DNA of 64,000 bases, from assembly GCA_047495785.1 (NCBI GenBank), contig JBLDXI010000004.1:1798001-1862000 (forward strand), written 5' to 3'. Of the stretch, positions 30,694 through 43,342 are shown piece by piece. The notes beneath the pieces were generated by a model, which did not search any database, was not told where the DNA came from, and saw nothing but the letters and a program-made list of their open reading frames with translations. The translations under genes were made by a program, and so were the position numbers. Every line of letters begins with the position of its first letter. Position 1 is the stretch's first letter. The stretch is from Lepidodermella squamata. Lineage: Eukaryota; Animalia; Gastrotricha.

Positions 30694-31240
30694 TCAGAAA
30701 ATTAAACAAGAAAACTGAGCTTTCAAATTTAAGAATTTCCTCTTGCTCGTGTGCTCATCTAATGTTGTTTTTTTCGTTCAAGCCTTTTTCTTATATATTA
30801 GGTTTTATCTCACCATTTTGTAATGATTTTGTATTGATGAGTAATGCATGAGTAATAAATTATTCAAATCCTTTGTTCACGAATTCCCACTCGTGAAAAC
30901 ATGCAGATTTAAAACATCTGGCTTGGAAACCTGAATAGATCAGTCATTTCATAGTCTTTACTCTTGACGGTGGTGATTATTTGATGTAGGAAGTTCATTG
31001 AAGAAAAATGAGCTTTCAACTCAGAATTTCCTCTTGCTCGTGTATGCGCATTTACGTTCTACGTGTTGTTTTTTTCGTTCAAGCATTTTTCTTATATATT
31101 AGGTTTTAACTCGTGTTTTTTCTCCTCTGTAATATTGATGCAGTGCATGAGTAATAAATTATTCAGATCCTCTGTTGACAAATTGCCACTCTTAAAAACA
31201 CCCAGATTGAAAAAATCTTGTTAGGAAACTTGAATAGCAA
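30694..31240 (-). promoter_or_regulatory. Conserved upstream block of the ankyrin-family genes, present twice here (30694-30940, 31005-31240); also at 41830-42060 and 45857-46105
   Basis: Shared aaacaagaaaactga, atttcctcttgc, tattaggtttt, gcatgagtaa and gaaacctgaatag segments; TCAGTT initiator-like motif just before the ATG. Confidence 0.6.
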
Positions 31241-31601
31241 GGATGGCCAGGAGGATGATGTCTCGACGGTGGCAGGCCAGCATTGTGAATTAGCTGCCAA
31301 AACACATTGTGGACGGAGCTGAGCAGAGATTAAACTAAAGAGGGCCGCAAAATCCACATCCTTGCCGTGTTTTTTTTGTGGCGATTGGCGATAGAATCGT
31401 CAAACAGCAGGCTACAGGAAAAGTGTGCAATATGCTTAAAACATTTAATGCTCCGTCTCGCTCGCTAGTCATTTTTTTAGTGATCCGACTAGGTACATCT
31501 CTGAGGATTTTCCAGAAATTTTCGAAATTTTCGGGCGGTTCCTTTACTCCCCTTACCCTTCGTACTCGGAGCACTGCATTTTTTAGGTATTGTTCAGATG
31601 T

Positions 31602-31677
31602 GGGAAGGACTGGCCTAGTGGATAAGGAAGCTGGGCATGAGCGTGACGTCGTGGGTTCAACGCCCATTGACGTCGCC
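31602..31677 (+). mobile_element. tRNA-derived SINE head (Pol III A/B boxes)
   Basis: TGGCCTAGTGG ... GGTTCAACGCC; no convincing cloverleaf. Confidence 0.4.
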
Positions 31678-32734
31678 CGACGATGGTTTAGAAATTCACC
31701 CTGGTGAACAAAGAAATTGCTACTCGAAGGCAATTTGAAAAAATTGCTCGGGCTGTCTGGAGCTCGAATTGCTTGAGGGAACCAAGGCGTCGTGGCCCAG
31801 ACTGGCGTCGAGGAGACGCGGTCATCCCTGAACGCTGGCGTCGTAGTCGTCCGACCAACGCTCGGCCTTGGCGTTCGGTACACTTCGGAGTTAGATTTAT
31901 GCCCACGTAAAACGTAAAACATAGCATGCAGGAGTGAGAATGAGATGAGACGATGAGTAGATCCACGCATTATCAAAATGGACATCGATAGACCATCGTT
32001 AACACTAGAATATTGACAGGTCGACGATTTTTGCCGGCGCCGAGCGATCCATAATCAGTAATATCAACTCCCGACACGCGACTTGGTCTCACGAGGAACT
32101 ATTAGATAATCTCTGGGCACTATCCGACAACCCGGATGCCGGTTTGGGAGAACGAGAGGGTGAAGAACTAACCGGAAAAAGTTTGAATTGTAGCTTACAT
32201 GATTGTTCAAGTGGCGATAAAAGTTGATTTGAAGCACAAATCTTCACGTATCATGTTGGATTTAATTAATGAAGTTGTTTTTATTCGGCCAATTCTACAA
32301 GTATTCTTTCAATTTATCTAGTTTTTCGAAGAAAAAGAGTAAAGAACTCATTCGACCCTAGCGATCCCCAGATTGAGAAACCCTGCGCGAAGCTATGTAT
32401 TCTGTCACCGAGCAAGGCACGCTAGTAAAATAAACGAACGGCGGCGATGTCGCTATCACCAACAGCGGGCACAGTTTTAGCTACAGTCACAGATTTGACC
32501 GCGTGTACAAAGATGAGCATCCGCGAAATTTCGTTAAACGGCACCCTGATACAGAATAGTCCGATGAATCACAACAAGTTTTTATCTGCGCCATAGCAAA
32601 TAAAACTAAGAACGTCCGGCATCTCTCACTAAGGAACATCCCCGATGATATAAATCCATAGCATTACGAATCTCTCTATCATTGTTTATTGTTTATTTCC
32701 ACCCCTAAAAAACCTTGCTGAATTGATAAACCAA

Positions 32735-35214
32735 TCAATAAATGTAGAGTTTGTTTTTGATCTCATCAACAATCGCCAGCATTTGCTTGTTAGGCGACAG
32801 AGCCATGCCGTTCGGAGACGACAACTCGCCATTCGAATTTTCGAGCCAATCAACGACTCGATACTCGAATTTAGGCAGCGCCATTTCTGTCGGCCTTTTC
32901 TTCAGCCTATCCTTCACCTTCGCCTCAAAAGACCTCGAATCCTGGTCGTTGCCACTTGCGCCCTCGTCAGCAGACTTACTACCCCCGCCACCACCCTTCT
33001 CCATTTCCTCGAGCCAAACTTGCTCCCGAACCTTGTTCTCCCATCGCCGAGATTCTCGAAGCGACAACTTGGTGGCAACCTTGCCGAACATTTGAACCTT
33101 GTAAGAATTCGCGTTCGACACAATGACATTCTCGTGCTGATCGACCGTGACACCGCGAGCCTGGTTCAATGTGCCGATATCGTCGCCCTTCACGCCGAAC
33201 GTGGTGACGAATTCTCCGAGGTGGTCGACGATCAGCACGTAGCTGTCACTGGTCGAGTTCATGCTGACGTAGATGAGGCCCGTGTTTTCGGAGGCGCACG
33301 CGTGGTACGGCGTGCCGTGGTAGTCATCGACCAAATTGCCGACGTGCGACCCGGCCGAGTCGAACATTTGAACCGTGTTGTGGTGCGTGTCGCACACGTA
33401 GACCCGGTTTCGGTACGTCGTGATGCCCATCGGGTACTTCAACTTTCCCTTTCCGAACGTGGTCGAATACTCGCCCCACGGTGAAAACACATGGACAGCA
33501 TCGGCCTGAGAGTCGGAGACATACACCCTGAGCCCAGTCTCCTGGACAGCAACACCCCTAGGCCGGTACAACTGCCTCTCCTTCACAGTCAACGGATCCA
33601 GAGTGTTGCGGATCGACCCAGTCTCAACATCAACCAGCCAAACTGTTTTGCAATCAGCCATCACTAGAGTTTCGTTATTGACGAAAGCGCAGGAGAATGG
33701 CCGAACGAAGCGATAAGTACCGTCCCTCGGCGACTCAATCACGCGTTTCGGCTGAGAGAGTCTGTTCCATTTCGGCCGCATCAGATCGTTGATTTTTGTA
33801 AGGCCAGCGGGTAGGACTCGATCGCTGGCTGTTGGACCAGCCCCGCCAAACATTTCATGAACTGATTTATTATTGACTGCAGCCCGCATTCTCGAGTCGC
33901 CCAGCGTGTATAATTGGCCTTTTTTACCACCAGCATGCTCTGGCATTAAGCTGTTGAAAGACTTCATGAAGCCATCATCCTCCTGGATCCCATTCGGGTC
34001 GTTGAATTGGCCTGCTTTCGCAGCGGGTGCGGCCTGAGCCATCTCCCGCTGAGTTACATGCATCTTCTTCGTTTCAGATTCGAGGTCTTGGATTCGGCTG
34101 GCCATAAGGCCCATGTGGAACTGGAACTGGTCTTTGTTATGCTTGTACAACTCAGTTCTCGGGCCTTTGAACGTGCAGCCGAATTTCGCGAATTCACAAC
34201 GAACTGGCTTTTGTGAGCATTCGAAATCTTCGTGCTTTTGGAGCTAAATAAAATTTGTAGACGACTTGATTTTCAGTCGGAGTAATTTTCAGGGCTTACA
34301 TTGCGACGTTTCACTTTCTCGCCACATCCATGAGGGCATTCGAATGAAAAATCGGGGCAATCGTTGCCGAGGTGGGACGAGTGTTTCGAGACTGGCATTT
34401 CAGCACCACAAATGCATTCGATGATTCGATCTGGGTTGTAATTGCACCGCCTCTCGTGATCGTCCAGCTCACGGAATCTGATTCGATCCGTGCATCCCGC
34501 TGGTTCAAAGAAACACGGCAGTAACTGGTCTAGAATGATATTACTGATATTCGTCGCAGGTTTCACGAGTTTCATTTCGAATCTAAAGCCGCATTCTGGG
34601 CATAAGGATTCTTCAGTGGTTCGCAGCTCGAGGCATCGCTCGCAGAACACGTGGCCGCAATCGACGTGGACAATTTGAACTGGGTCGAGGAAAATAGACC
34701 CGCAAATGCCGCACTTCAACGCATCGGATACGTCTGTAAATCGGTCGCGCAAATCACGAATTTTCTCCTTCAAAATGCGGACGTCAGTGGTTTTCAGCGG
34801 GCGGTCGACTGCGATGTCTTGCAGGGACACGTCCTGATTCGCTGCGAGTTGCTGTTTCCGTTTCAGTTCGTTGTTCAGTTGCTCGAGCTCGGCACCTTTT
34901 CTCTTATCATGCGCTTGTTTGAGGATCGATTTCCCATTTTGACCTGCGATTGGTTTTACAGGGCCATTTCTCGGTGTGGGCTCTGAGGCTTTGTTGAGCG
35001 ATGGTTTGCTAGGCGGGGCTTGATTAAGAGGCTTTGCGGCAGGTTTAGCTGGTAAAGTCGGCAGTGGAGTTTTGTTTTTGCCATTCTTCTTCCCAGGGGA
35101 TTCGTTGTCTGATTCGAAACCACTCAGCTCGCCCGATGAGATGTCGGATATAGACAACGTAGTCGAGCTAGGTGCTCGCACGAGCTTCTTTTGCAGCTGC
35201 ACCTTTGGAGGCAT
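32735..35214 (-). CDS. RING finger + TRAF-type zinc fingers + coiled coil + NHL beta-propeller protein (putative E3 ligase), about 807 aa, exons 35214-34300 and 34243-32735
   Basis: CGIC..CGHVFCERC..CPEC RING; H..RC.Y..C, CPHGC..H..C and CEF..FGC.F.G.R TRAF-type fingers; PRGVAV/PMGI/PNGMA NHL repeats; 56-bp phase-0 intron AAT|GTAAGC..TTTAG|CTC. Confidence 0.82.
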
Positions 35215-35352
35215 AAATAGTGGTGTACTTACAGCTCGCAATAGATTATTTCTTTTACAGTGTTGGTCTCAGCTGAAGGTGCTAAGTTATCGATCGCCAC
35301 GACAAGAAACCTAGCCATAGATTGAAAAGCACATTGCGGTATTGATCCAAGC

Positions 35353-35900
35353 ATGCAACTATGCACTGCCTCAAATATTGATGATTCAACTACTCTACCT
35401 ATTACGCCACAAGAACTTCAAAAATTACTAGATATCCTAGAAAATTTTGCAGTTCGAAACAACCTAAAAATTAACGTCGAAAAAACCATCGGGTGGTGTT
35501 TCATCGGGTCAGCAATTATAAAACAGTTGATTTCGAGTTCAACATTTACAACGAAAGATAGAGCAAGTTTCTGCGTTCAAATGTCTTGGAATCATCCTGT
35601 CCCATTTTAAACGCTGCTCTGAGACGGCCCAGGCTAAAGTTAAGCGAATGATTTCACAACTGCCAGACACACTTAGACCATATACAAATTATTTTCCTTC
35701 TAATACTTTCCATACGCTGTACTGCTCATATTCTATTAGCCACATGACGTACGGGGCCGGCATATGGGGCTTCAAACTTCGAAACTCCATGCCGTTAATT
35801 ACTGAACATTTTATTTACAAAAACCGTCCTCTAATTACCTAAAAGTACTAGAAACGAGCTCGTGGCTCGCGAATTTTGCATCGAATCACCTTGCGTCTTG
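35353..35900 (+). pseudogene. Degenerate non-LTR retrotransposon (LINE) RT 3-prime fragment
   Basis: IDD..QELQKLLDILENFAVRNNLKINVEKT and MTYGAGIWG in broken frames. Confidence 0.65.
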
Positions 35901-36606
35901 ATTTGTTTGGGCCTTACGTTAGCGGCGGCGTAGTTTCGAACGAACGACCAATAGCTTTCACGTCGTCACAATCGTCGATGAACATTCCGGCCAATACGGT
36001 TGCATCTTCCTTCGCACTGTTGCTCCAGTTTCACCGTCCTGGCGGCTAGATGAATAAAAACGGTTTGCTACTGCTGATAAAGAAAGGCAAGTGGCAAGTG
36101 GCGATGGAAAAATATGTTACGCTGACGAAGAATTGCGGATTTTCCGCTGATGAAAAAAGTCTCTCCCCCCCCCCTCTCCCCCTCCTAACGTAGAGATCTG
36201 AACAAATAAAATGTGTTATGAAATCAAATCTGATTAACTTTAACATGCTCAGTTTTTCTGAAGTTCTCTCACGTTGGCTATCTTGTTAATTGTACGAACA
36301 CATTTTATTTGGATGAATGATAAACATACAGAAGCAAGAAGCAAATGTGGAATTTGAGTTTTCTGCCATTCCATTCACTAAGTAAAAATTTGCATAAAGC
36401 ATTATTTCTAAGCCGAATAATCTCATGAAATTTTTTCACATTGTTCGAAAACTTCATGACATCTTTTAATATTTCTCGTCAAGGTTTCAGCTGGAGTGAA
36501 AACTGTGTGGAGTAAAAAAAATGCAATCAACACATGCTGAAATGTCAGAAGGCATGCACAAAATTAAATAGCTAATCCATTTCCATCCCTACGCTGCCGG
36601 GCCTTG

Positions 36607-39600
36607 TTAGCAGAGAAACCCCGAACGACTTGCTCCTCGCGATCTCAGTAAATCGGCTACAGCTGTTTTGTTGTTGCAAATCGCCAAATCGAGCGCAGTC
36701 CTGCCATCCGAATTTCTGGCATCCTTATTTGCACCTCTATCCAGTAACAGTCCAACTACCTCGAATTGCCCCTTATAAGCCGCATATTGTAATGCCGTCC
36801 AGCCATCAATATCCTTGGCCTCGGTGGCAGCGTTACGATCCAGCAACAGTCGAACTACTGCGACGTGCCCATTCGAAGCCGCATATATTAACGCCGTGCT
36901 GCCATAGCGATTCTTGGTCTCGATGGTAGCGTTGCGATCCAGTAACAGTCGAACTAAGTCGACAGTCCCATACCCTGCAGCCAACATCAATGCCGTCGAG
37001 CCATCTCTATTTATGGCCTCGATGGGAGCGTTGTGATCAAGCAACAGTCGAACTACGTCGACTTTCCCATTACTAGCCGCATACATCAACGCCGTCCTGC
37101 CAATAATATCCCTGGTCTCGATGTTAACGTTGCGATCCAGCAACATTCGAACTACTTCGACGTTCCCATTTTGAGACGCAAACATTAACGCCGTCGAGCC
37201 ATCTTCATTCTTGGCCTTGATGGTAGCGTTGTGATCCAGTAACAGTCGAACTACGTCGACTTCCCCAGTCCTAGCTGCCCACATCAACGCCGTCCAGCCA
37301 TAGTTATCCTTGGCCTCAATGGGAGCGTTGTGATCAAGCAACAGCTGAACAACTGCGATGTGCCTAGACTGAGCCGCACTCAGCAACGCACCGCCGCCAT
37401 TATTACCCATGGTAGCGTTGCGTTCTAAAAACAGTCGAACTACTTCGATTTGCCCCTTCGCCGCGGCAAACTCTAACGCGCTTTTGCCGTTCTCATTACT
37501 GGCGTCAATGGAAGCATTGCGATCCAGCAAGAGTCTAACAACATCGATGTGCCCAGACATAGCCGCACTCATCAAAGCCGTCCAGCCTATGTTATTCTTT
37601 GCCTCGATAGAAGCGTTGCGGTCCAGCAACAGTCGAGCTACTTCGATGTACCCATCCTCAGCCGCAAACATCATCGCAGTCGAGCCAAATAAACCATCCT
37701 TGAAGTTCACATCAGCACCATAATCCTCGATCAACAGTTGCGCAATTTGCACGCGCTGGTCTGATTGCGTGCGATTAGAGCACATGACACTGTGAAGCAG
37801 GGGAGTTCCCCTAATATCTCGTGTAAAATATTTGTCCCAAGAATTGCAGAGACCCCGACGCTCTGGGTTGCGCCAGTTCGGGTTGAAGTTGCCTCCGGTG
37901 GCATTGTCGATGTCCGCAATCAGTTGTCTCACCAGCTCCACGTCTTCCGCCGCGGCTGTTGCATTCCACAGCCTCTCGTATGCTGTGCCAATCTAAATGG
38001 AAAACACAGCAGTATAGATTCCACAGCAGCAATGGAAATGGGGTCCGATAATACGCTGGGAGGCCCAGCGACGTGATTCACTAAACATGAAAGATGCGCG
38101 CACAACGCACTACCACAACCACAATCGAACCTCTGCCCCGACAAATCTAATGCTGATAAGAAAAGCGGTTATCAAACTGTGTATACCCGTGAAATCGTAG
38201 AGTTCTTGTGGTACGTGTGGTTGAGTGGCCTCTGGACAGTGTGCAAAGAAGGGAGCTGCGGTGTTTCCTACATGTTTTCTAGGATCCAGCTGAAGAAACC
38301 AAAGGGTCCCCCTGTGGTTTTTCAGCTTTCTTGTGGTTTCACTCTCGGAGCTAGGGTGTCGCCTGTACTTCCTTCGCACCCTCCTCCTGAGGCAGTCGCA
38401 AATTTATTTTTGAGAATCGCTGGATTAGAAATGCGACCTTCTCCGAGCCCAAATTTTCGGGCACAAATTTCAGGACCAAAGGGTCCCCCTGTGGCTTTTT
38501 GGTGAAATTTCAATTTTTGCCTTGTGAACTGGGAGGAACGATACCCAACTTACAGATGGTGTCTCTATGACAACGCAAGAACCAGGCTGCGACCAGGCTG
38601 AGTACGACAGGCACGATATGGCAGCATTTCCTTGAATCTCGAAGTTTTCATTGCATGATATGGTTCGAGTGGCTCCGAAGCTTGATAGACCAGGAGATAT
38701 TTTGCCGTTTCGGATCGTGGGAACAGGACCACAGCCTTATCAGCCCAAATTCAAAAAGCCATTATAAGCTAGATAAATTGTAGCTATTACTTACCTATAG
38801 GGTTACACCTTCCATTTATCAGTGGTTGAAAGGGAGGCAGGCACGTTGCAGTTGAGACAGATGAGGAGTACTCGTAACCAGGGTTGCATTGAACTCTCAC
38901 TTCACCTCCTCTTTCAACCACTGCTCCAGGCATTAGAACTGACCCAGTATTTGCGTAGGTTTCTGGGTTCACTCGGGTGACATATCCCGCCGTTACGCTT
39001 GGCACGGAACAAGACTGGACTGGTGGGCTGCTCTGTAGACCTGTGTTGTTTGAAATCCAATCGAGAACCTTGCAGACTCTGCTGTGGATGCTGGGCATTC
39101 CTGCCATGCACGAATCGCCATTATTCGAGTTTATGCCCAGTAAATAAGCCCTATTTGATTTCGAGCACATGAGTGGGCTTCCAGAATCGCCGAAGCAGGC
39201 GCCTCTGTCATCGGCGGCTAAACACATTTGGGAGTCGGTGATGGAGAACGGATACGGGATGGAATATGGGATGCTGGAATACTCCTGCGAGCAATTTGCG
39301 TAGGACCTAACATGAAGATTAAGTTTCCTCGGGATCTCGGATCTAGGCCGGGCTGAAATACGAAAAAAACAGAAATAAGGCTATAAATCACCTCCAACTA
39401 CGCAGACACATGCACCGCGGTCCTCACTACAAAAAATAAGTCTGTTTTCACTGAGCACGAAAGTCCGTTATTACAAAATGTTGGTAAAAAACTCGGTGAT
39501 TATCTGACGCCTGGTATTCACTTTTTCGGAAACTTGGTGAAAACTAAGCACTCGGTAATCACCTAAGTAAACTATTCGTAATAACCGAGTTCTTGGTAAT

Positions 39601-41829
39601 CACCTCAGCAAAGTTATGGTAATAACCGAGTTCTAGGTAAATATCTCAGTTAATAATTTGTATTAACCGATTATTTACCGATTTTTTTAGTTTTGACGTG
39701 GATGACATGGAGGAAAGCTAAATTGTGGAATAAAACGCTCACAGGTAAACTGCCTTATAGGTTGTTGAGCGTTGAGTCCTACGCTATAGACATGTCAAAT
39801 TATTTAGAGGTCTTCTGAGAATCGCATGGGTCAATTGTTTGGATCAATTGTCCACTCTACTTTGAGTTTCCAAACTCTATCAACCATAATTCGCAGTAGA
39901 CTAATCGGCTTAGATTTCAAGATCGCCTTTTTATATGCTTAGATTTCGATGGATTGAAATCTATAAGCATAATAGAAGTCGATAATTATTACTAGGATAA
40001 TAATAATTAGGAAAAATAGAAATGGAGTAAATATAAACAAATTTTGACGTGCTCACTCTGGTACCTGATTATAGCCATTCATCTTAGAGGAAAACCAATT
40101 ACACCAGGAGATTCCTCATGAAAAACTGCTTTAGAAAACATTTTCAAAATAAAAAAATAAAAATAAAAATAGACCAAATATTCAAAATGAACCATATGGG
40201 AACAAAACACCTGGGTGACCACGTGGGATATGGGCCTCTCACCATCCGCCTTAAGTCCTTACGCGTGCGTTAGAAAAGCGAAGAAAAGCGATTTGAAACT
40301 TATATACCCCTATTAACCGTCACTTAATATGAGCGGCAACGTGGTCTAGTGGTAGCGCGTCCACATCTTCGGCAAGGCGACCCGGGTTCACCTCCTACCG
40401 ACGTCACAAATCAACTTTGACAAAAGTCAAGCAAATTGTCTTTCGATTCTTTCAAACGATGTAAGGAGTGGATCTGGGATGGTGCCCAGCCTCTGAGACC
40501 TCGGGAGGCTGAGTAATTAGCAATTAGCTTTTTGATGACACCTGTTAATGACAATCGGTGAAAACCGAGAAAAACTTATTAAAAAGTAACTACTGAAGTA
40601 TTCACGAATCTGGTTTTAACCGAGTTTTAACCGACTTTTATCCTACTCGGTTAATTTTCACGCTGTAGTAAAAACTAAAATCTCGGTTTTAACGAAGTCC
40701 ACATTCGGTTTTTACCTTGGTGATTACTAAACTCAGTACTCTTAGTCAGTTATTACTAAACAGCGAAATTTCACTCGGTTTTCACCGAATTATTTGTTGT
40801 AGTGCTCTTTTTCCCTCCCATGTATGTTGTCCTATCCCAGTATGCTAGTCTTGGATTAAGGAGCTGCCAAAATGACTAGTGATTTCAAAATATAAATTCT
40901 GAATATTTTCATCTAGATCACAGTCCGGTCTGGCCGAGCTATGGGTGATAGATAATAGCCCCCATGATCGTCGCACACTGTCCTATCTTTAAAATCCAAG
41001 GAAATCACTGGCCTCTTGGTCTGAATGCATGACGTTCGTGGTGCGGAAGAATCAGCAGTTCCTCTTTTGCTTGAGTACTGGTTCTTCCGCCCCACGAATT
41101 ATGAGGCCTGATACGTATGCCTTTAGAAAATATCACATACTGTATTCAAAACGACCCCAGCCAACCGCGACAGCTGACTCGCATCCATCAATTGAATTTG
41201 CGGTGTAAGAATTGGCTCGGCACATGTTAGCCGCGTCAGGCAAACAAATCGGTTTGATCTGCGGCGTGAATCTAGGCAGCGGCCTTTTCAATCGCAAGAG
41301 GGCAAAATCAAAATCAGGTAAATTCTGATTTCTGTTGTATAGCGGATGCAGCAAAGGCGGTATCGAGACGAAAGATTCATAGGATCCTCCCTTTGAGCGA
41401 ACACTGATATTATGGTGGCCTAGCGTTGCTATGATCCTGTTCAAACAAACACAGAATCGCCCAGAGGGGAAATTTATTGAAACACTCACGAAATAGGTGG
41501 TGCCTTTCCGGGATTTGAAACGCATTGAGCTGATGATATCAGCCATTGCTTCGAGATGAGGGAAGCTCCACAGTAAGACGGTGATGTTTCACCGCTTCTG
41601 TATATTTCAAGGAAGACCTTGAATGAAAATCTAGTTATTGTTGAATGAATCTATATTTCGAATGCAAACATACCAGCCACGGGTATGCGTTGGGCTCTAT
41701 TGGTTGACTTCCTGGCTGGCTTGATTCTGCATCAGGAGCAGTGGAGATCGAAGCACCGCATTCAAGATCGTCTTGAGCAACGACCAGGCCCGATGCCAGC
41801 CCGATTGCAATTGCTAAGTGGAGATTCAT
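36607..41829 (-). CDS. Predicted secreted protein: signal peptide + trypsin-like serine protease homologue + 2 CCP + ankyrin repeats, 901 aa (exons 41829-41674, 41617-41490, 41436-41141, 39352-38795, 38735-38554, 37992-36607)
   Basis: YPWL, CGASLISKQWLISSAQC, DFALL, PICLP, VGWG and CFGDSGSPL; all five GT-AG junctions phase-compatible, total 2706 nt; last join TCT|GTAAGT...TTTAG|ATT is inferred. Confidence 0.75.
39425..40804. mobile_element. Non-autonomous CACTA/EnSpm (CMC) element in the protease-gene intron
   Basis: CACTACAAAAAATAA ... TTATTTGTTGTAGTG; 2-bp TSD CT; many subterminal AACCGAG/CTCGGT repeats. Confidence 0.8.
40333..40405 (+). mobile_element. tRNA-like SINE head nested in the CACTA element
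   Basis: GTGGTCTAGTGGTAG (A box) ... CCCGGGTTCACCTCC (B box). Confidence 0.45.
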
Positions 41830-43342
41830 TTTGAAAATTAAACAAGAAAACTGAGCCAGAACAACGAAGAATTTCCTCTTGCACGTGTACGCTTGTTCAC
41901 GTTCTACGTGTTTTTTTCTTATTAATTAGTTTTCAACTCGTGTTTTTTCTTGTTTTTTAATATTGATGTAATGCATGAGTAATAAATTATTCAGATCCTT
42001 TGTTGACAAATCCCGCTCGCAGATTGAAAACATCCGCTTACGAAACCTGAATAGTAAAGATGCATAAGATAACAACTCCTGTGCCTCACTTCGCGCGCTC
42101 AGTGCAACTCGGCGGCCATTGCAGTCGAACGATTGAGAAATCGAGTAAGGCTTTTCGTTAACCGTAAGCGTCGTTAACCAAGTAAACGTCTACGCGGGTG
42201 AAATCGTAGTGTTTGTAGTGCTGTTGTTCACTGGTAGTCATCGAGTTCGTCACCGGGCTAGGAACTGCTATGATCTCGAGCTGTTCCGCGCTTTCCACTG
42301 AGCAAACCTTGTTAAGCTCAGCTGAAATCAGCTGCGCTATTGGGATTAATTTTTCAGCAGCTATATCCTATAGTCCAACTAGATTCCAGAGAGAAACTCC
42401 GAAAATATCTTCAGGAGTATTCTTGAGTTACGGCAGCTTCAGCTCTCAGGTATTTAGAATAAGCTTGCAGGAGGTCAGAGACTTGGAGAGATGGCTCAAG
42501 ATCTCCCCTGAGGTGCTACTAAGACACCAAAGGGGCAAAAAGGCGATAACGTACTTCAAACACCTATCCTTCATTGCCATCGAGATACCTCATGAGAACG
42601 CCATGGGACGGTGAGGCATGACGTTTTATTTATTTATGTATTTTGAAGTTATTACACCCAAGAGAGGCAGCTCGACAATGTTGCGGAAAACAATATATAA
42701 TTGCAGGGCAGGTTCAGATTTAGGACAGGAAAGGTGTAGTAGGCGAAGACAACAAGTTATAGGCCGAATTCATTATAGCCGTAACAGAGAATAATAGGAC
42801 AGAAACAATGTATAATCAAAAAATACAATGGGCAGAAAAATACATTCAACAAAATTGTTCACTGAGATAATTTAGCGGCATTTTATCCACGACAGTACTG
42901 ATAAACATGCCTCGGCGGATTCGGCTTGTTGTTCCTTCAGAGGAGGCTGTTTCCAAAAATCGGGCCCTCGGTAACCCAGAACGTCAACGTACCGCGCAGG
43001 AAATCGACGATCGGTTTGATGTTGCTCATCAAACGAACCAAACACTTGCTTATTCTGTAAGTAAACACACGTCTGTAAGGATTATTCTATAGCTAGCCAT
43101 AGAGAAATGAAATTTCCCCCTGATCTCAAACCCCGAGCGAGTTTGGCGTAGCCAAACGAGTCGAGGGGTTTCAGAGAGGGATAGAGGAGGGATAGAAGCT
43201 CTATGCCATTGAGAAAATTGTAATCAACACATACATTAGGGAAGTGTCACTAAGTATACAAATAATCAGATAATCATCATCCATCTCCGCTATCAGTGAA
43301 TGCCGCCGAGCGTAGTTGTGCTTGTCAGCAGGAAGACTTCGC

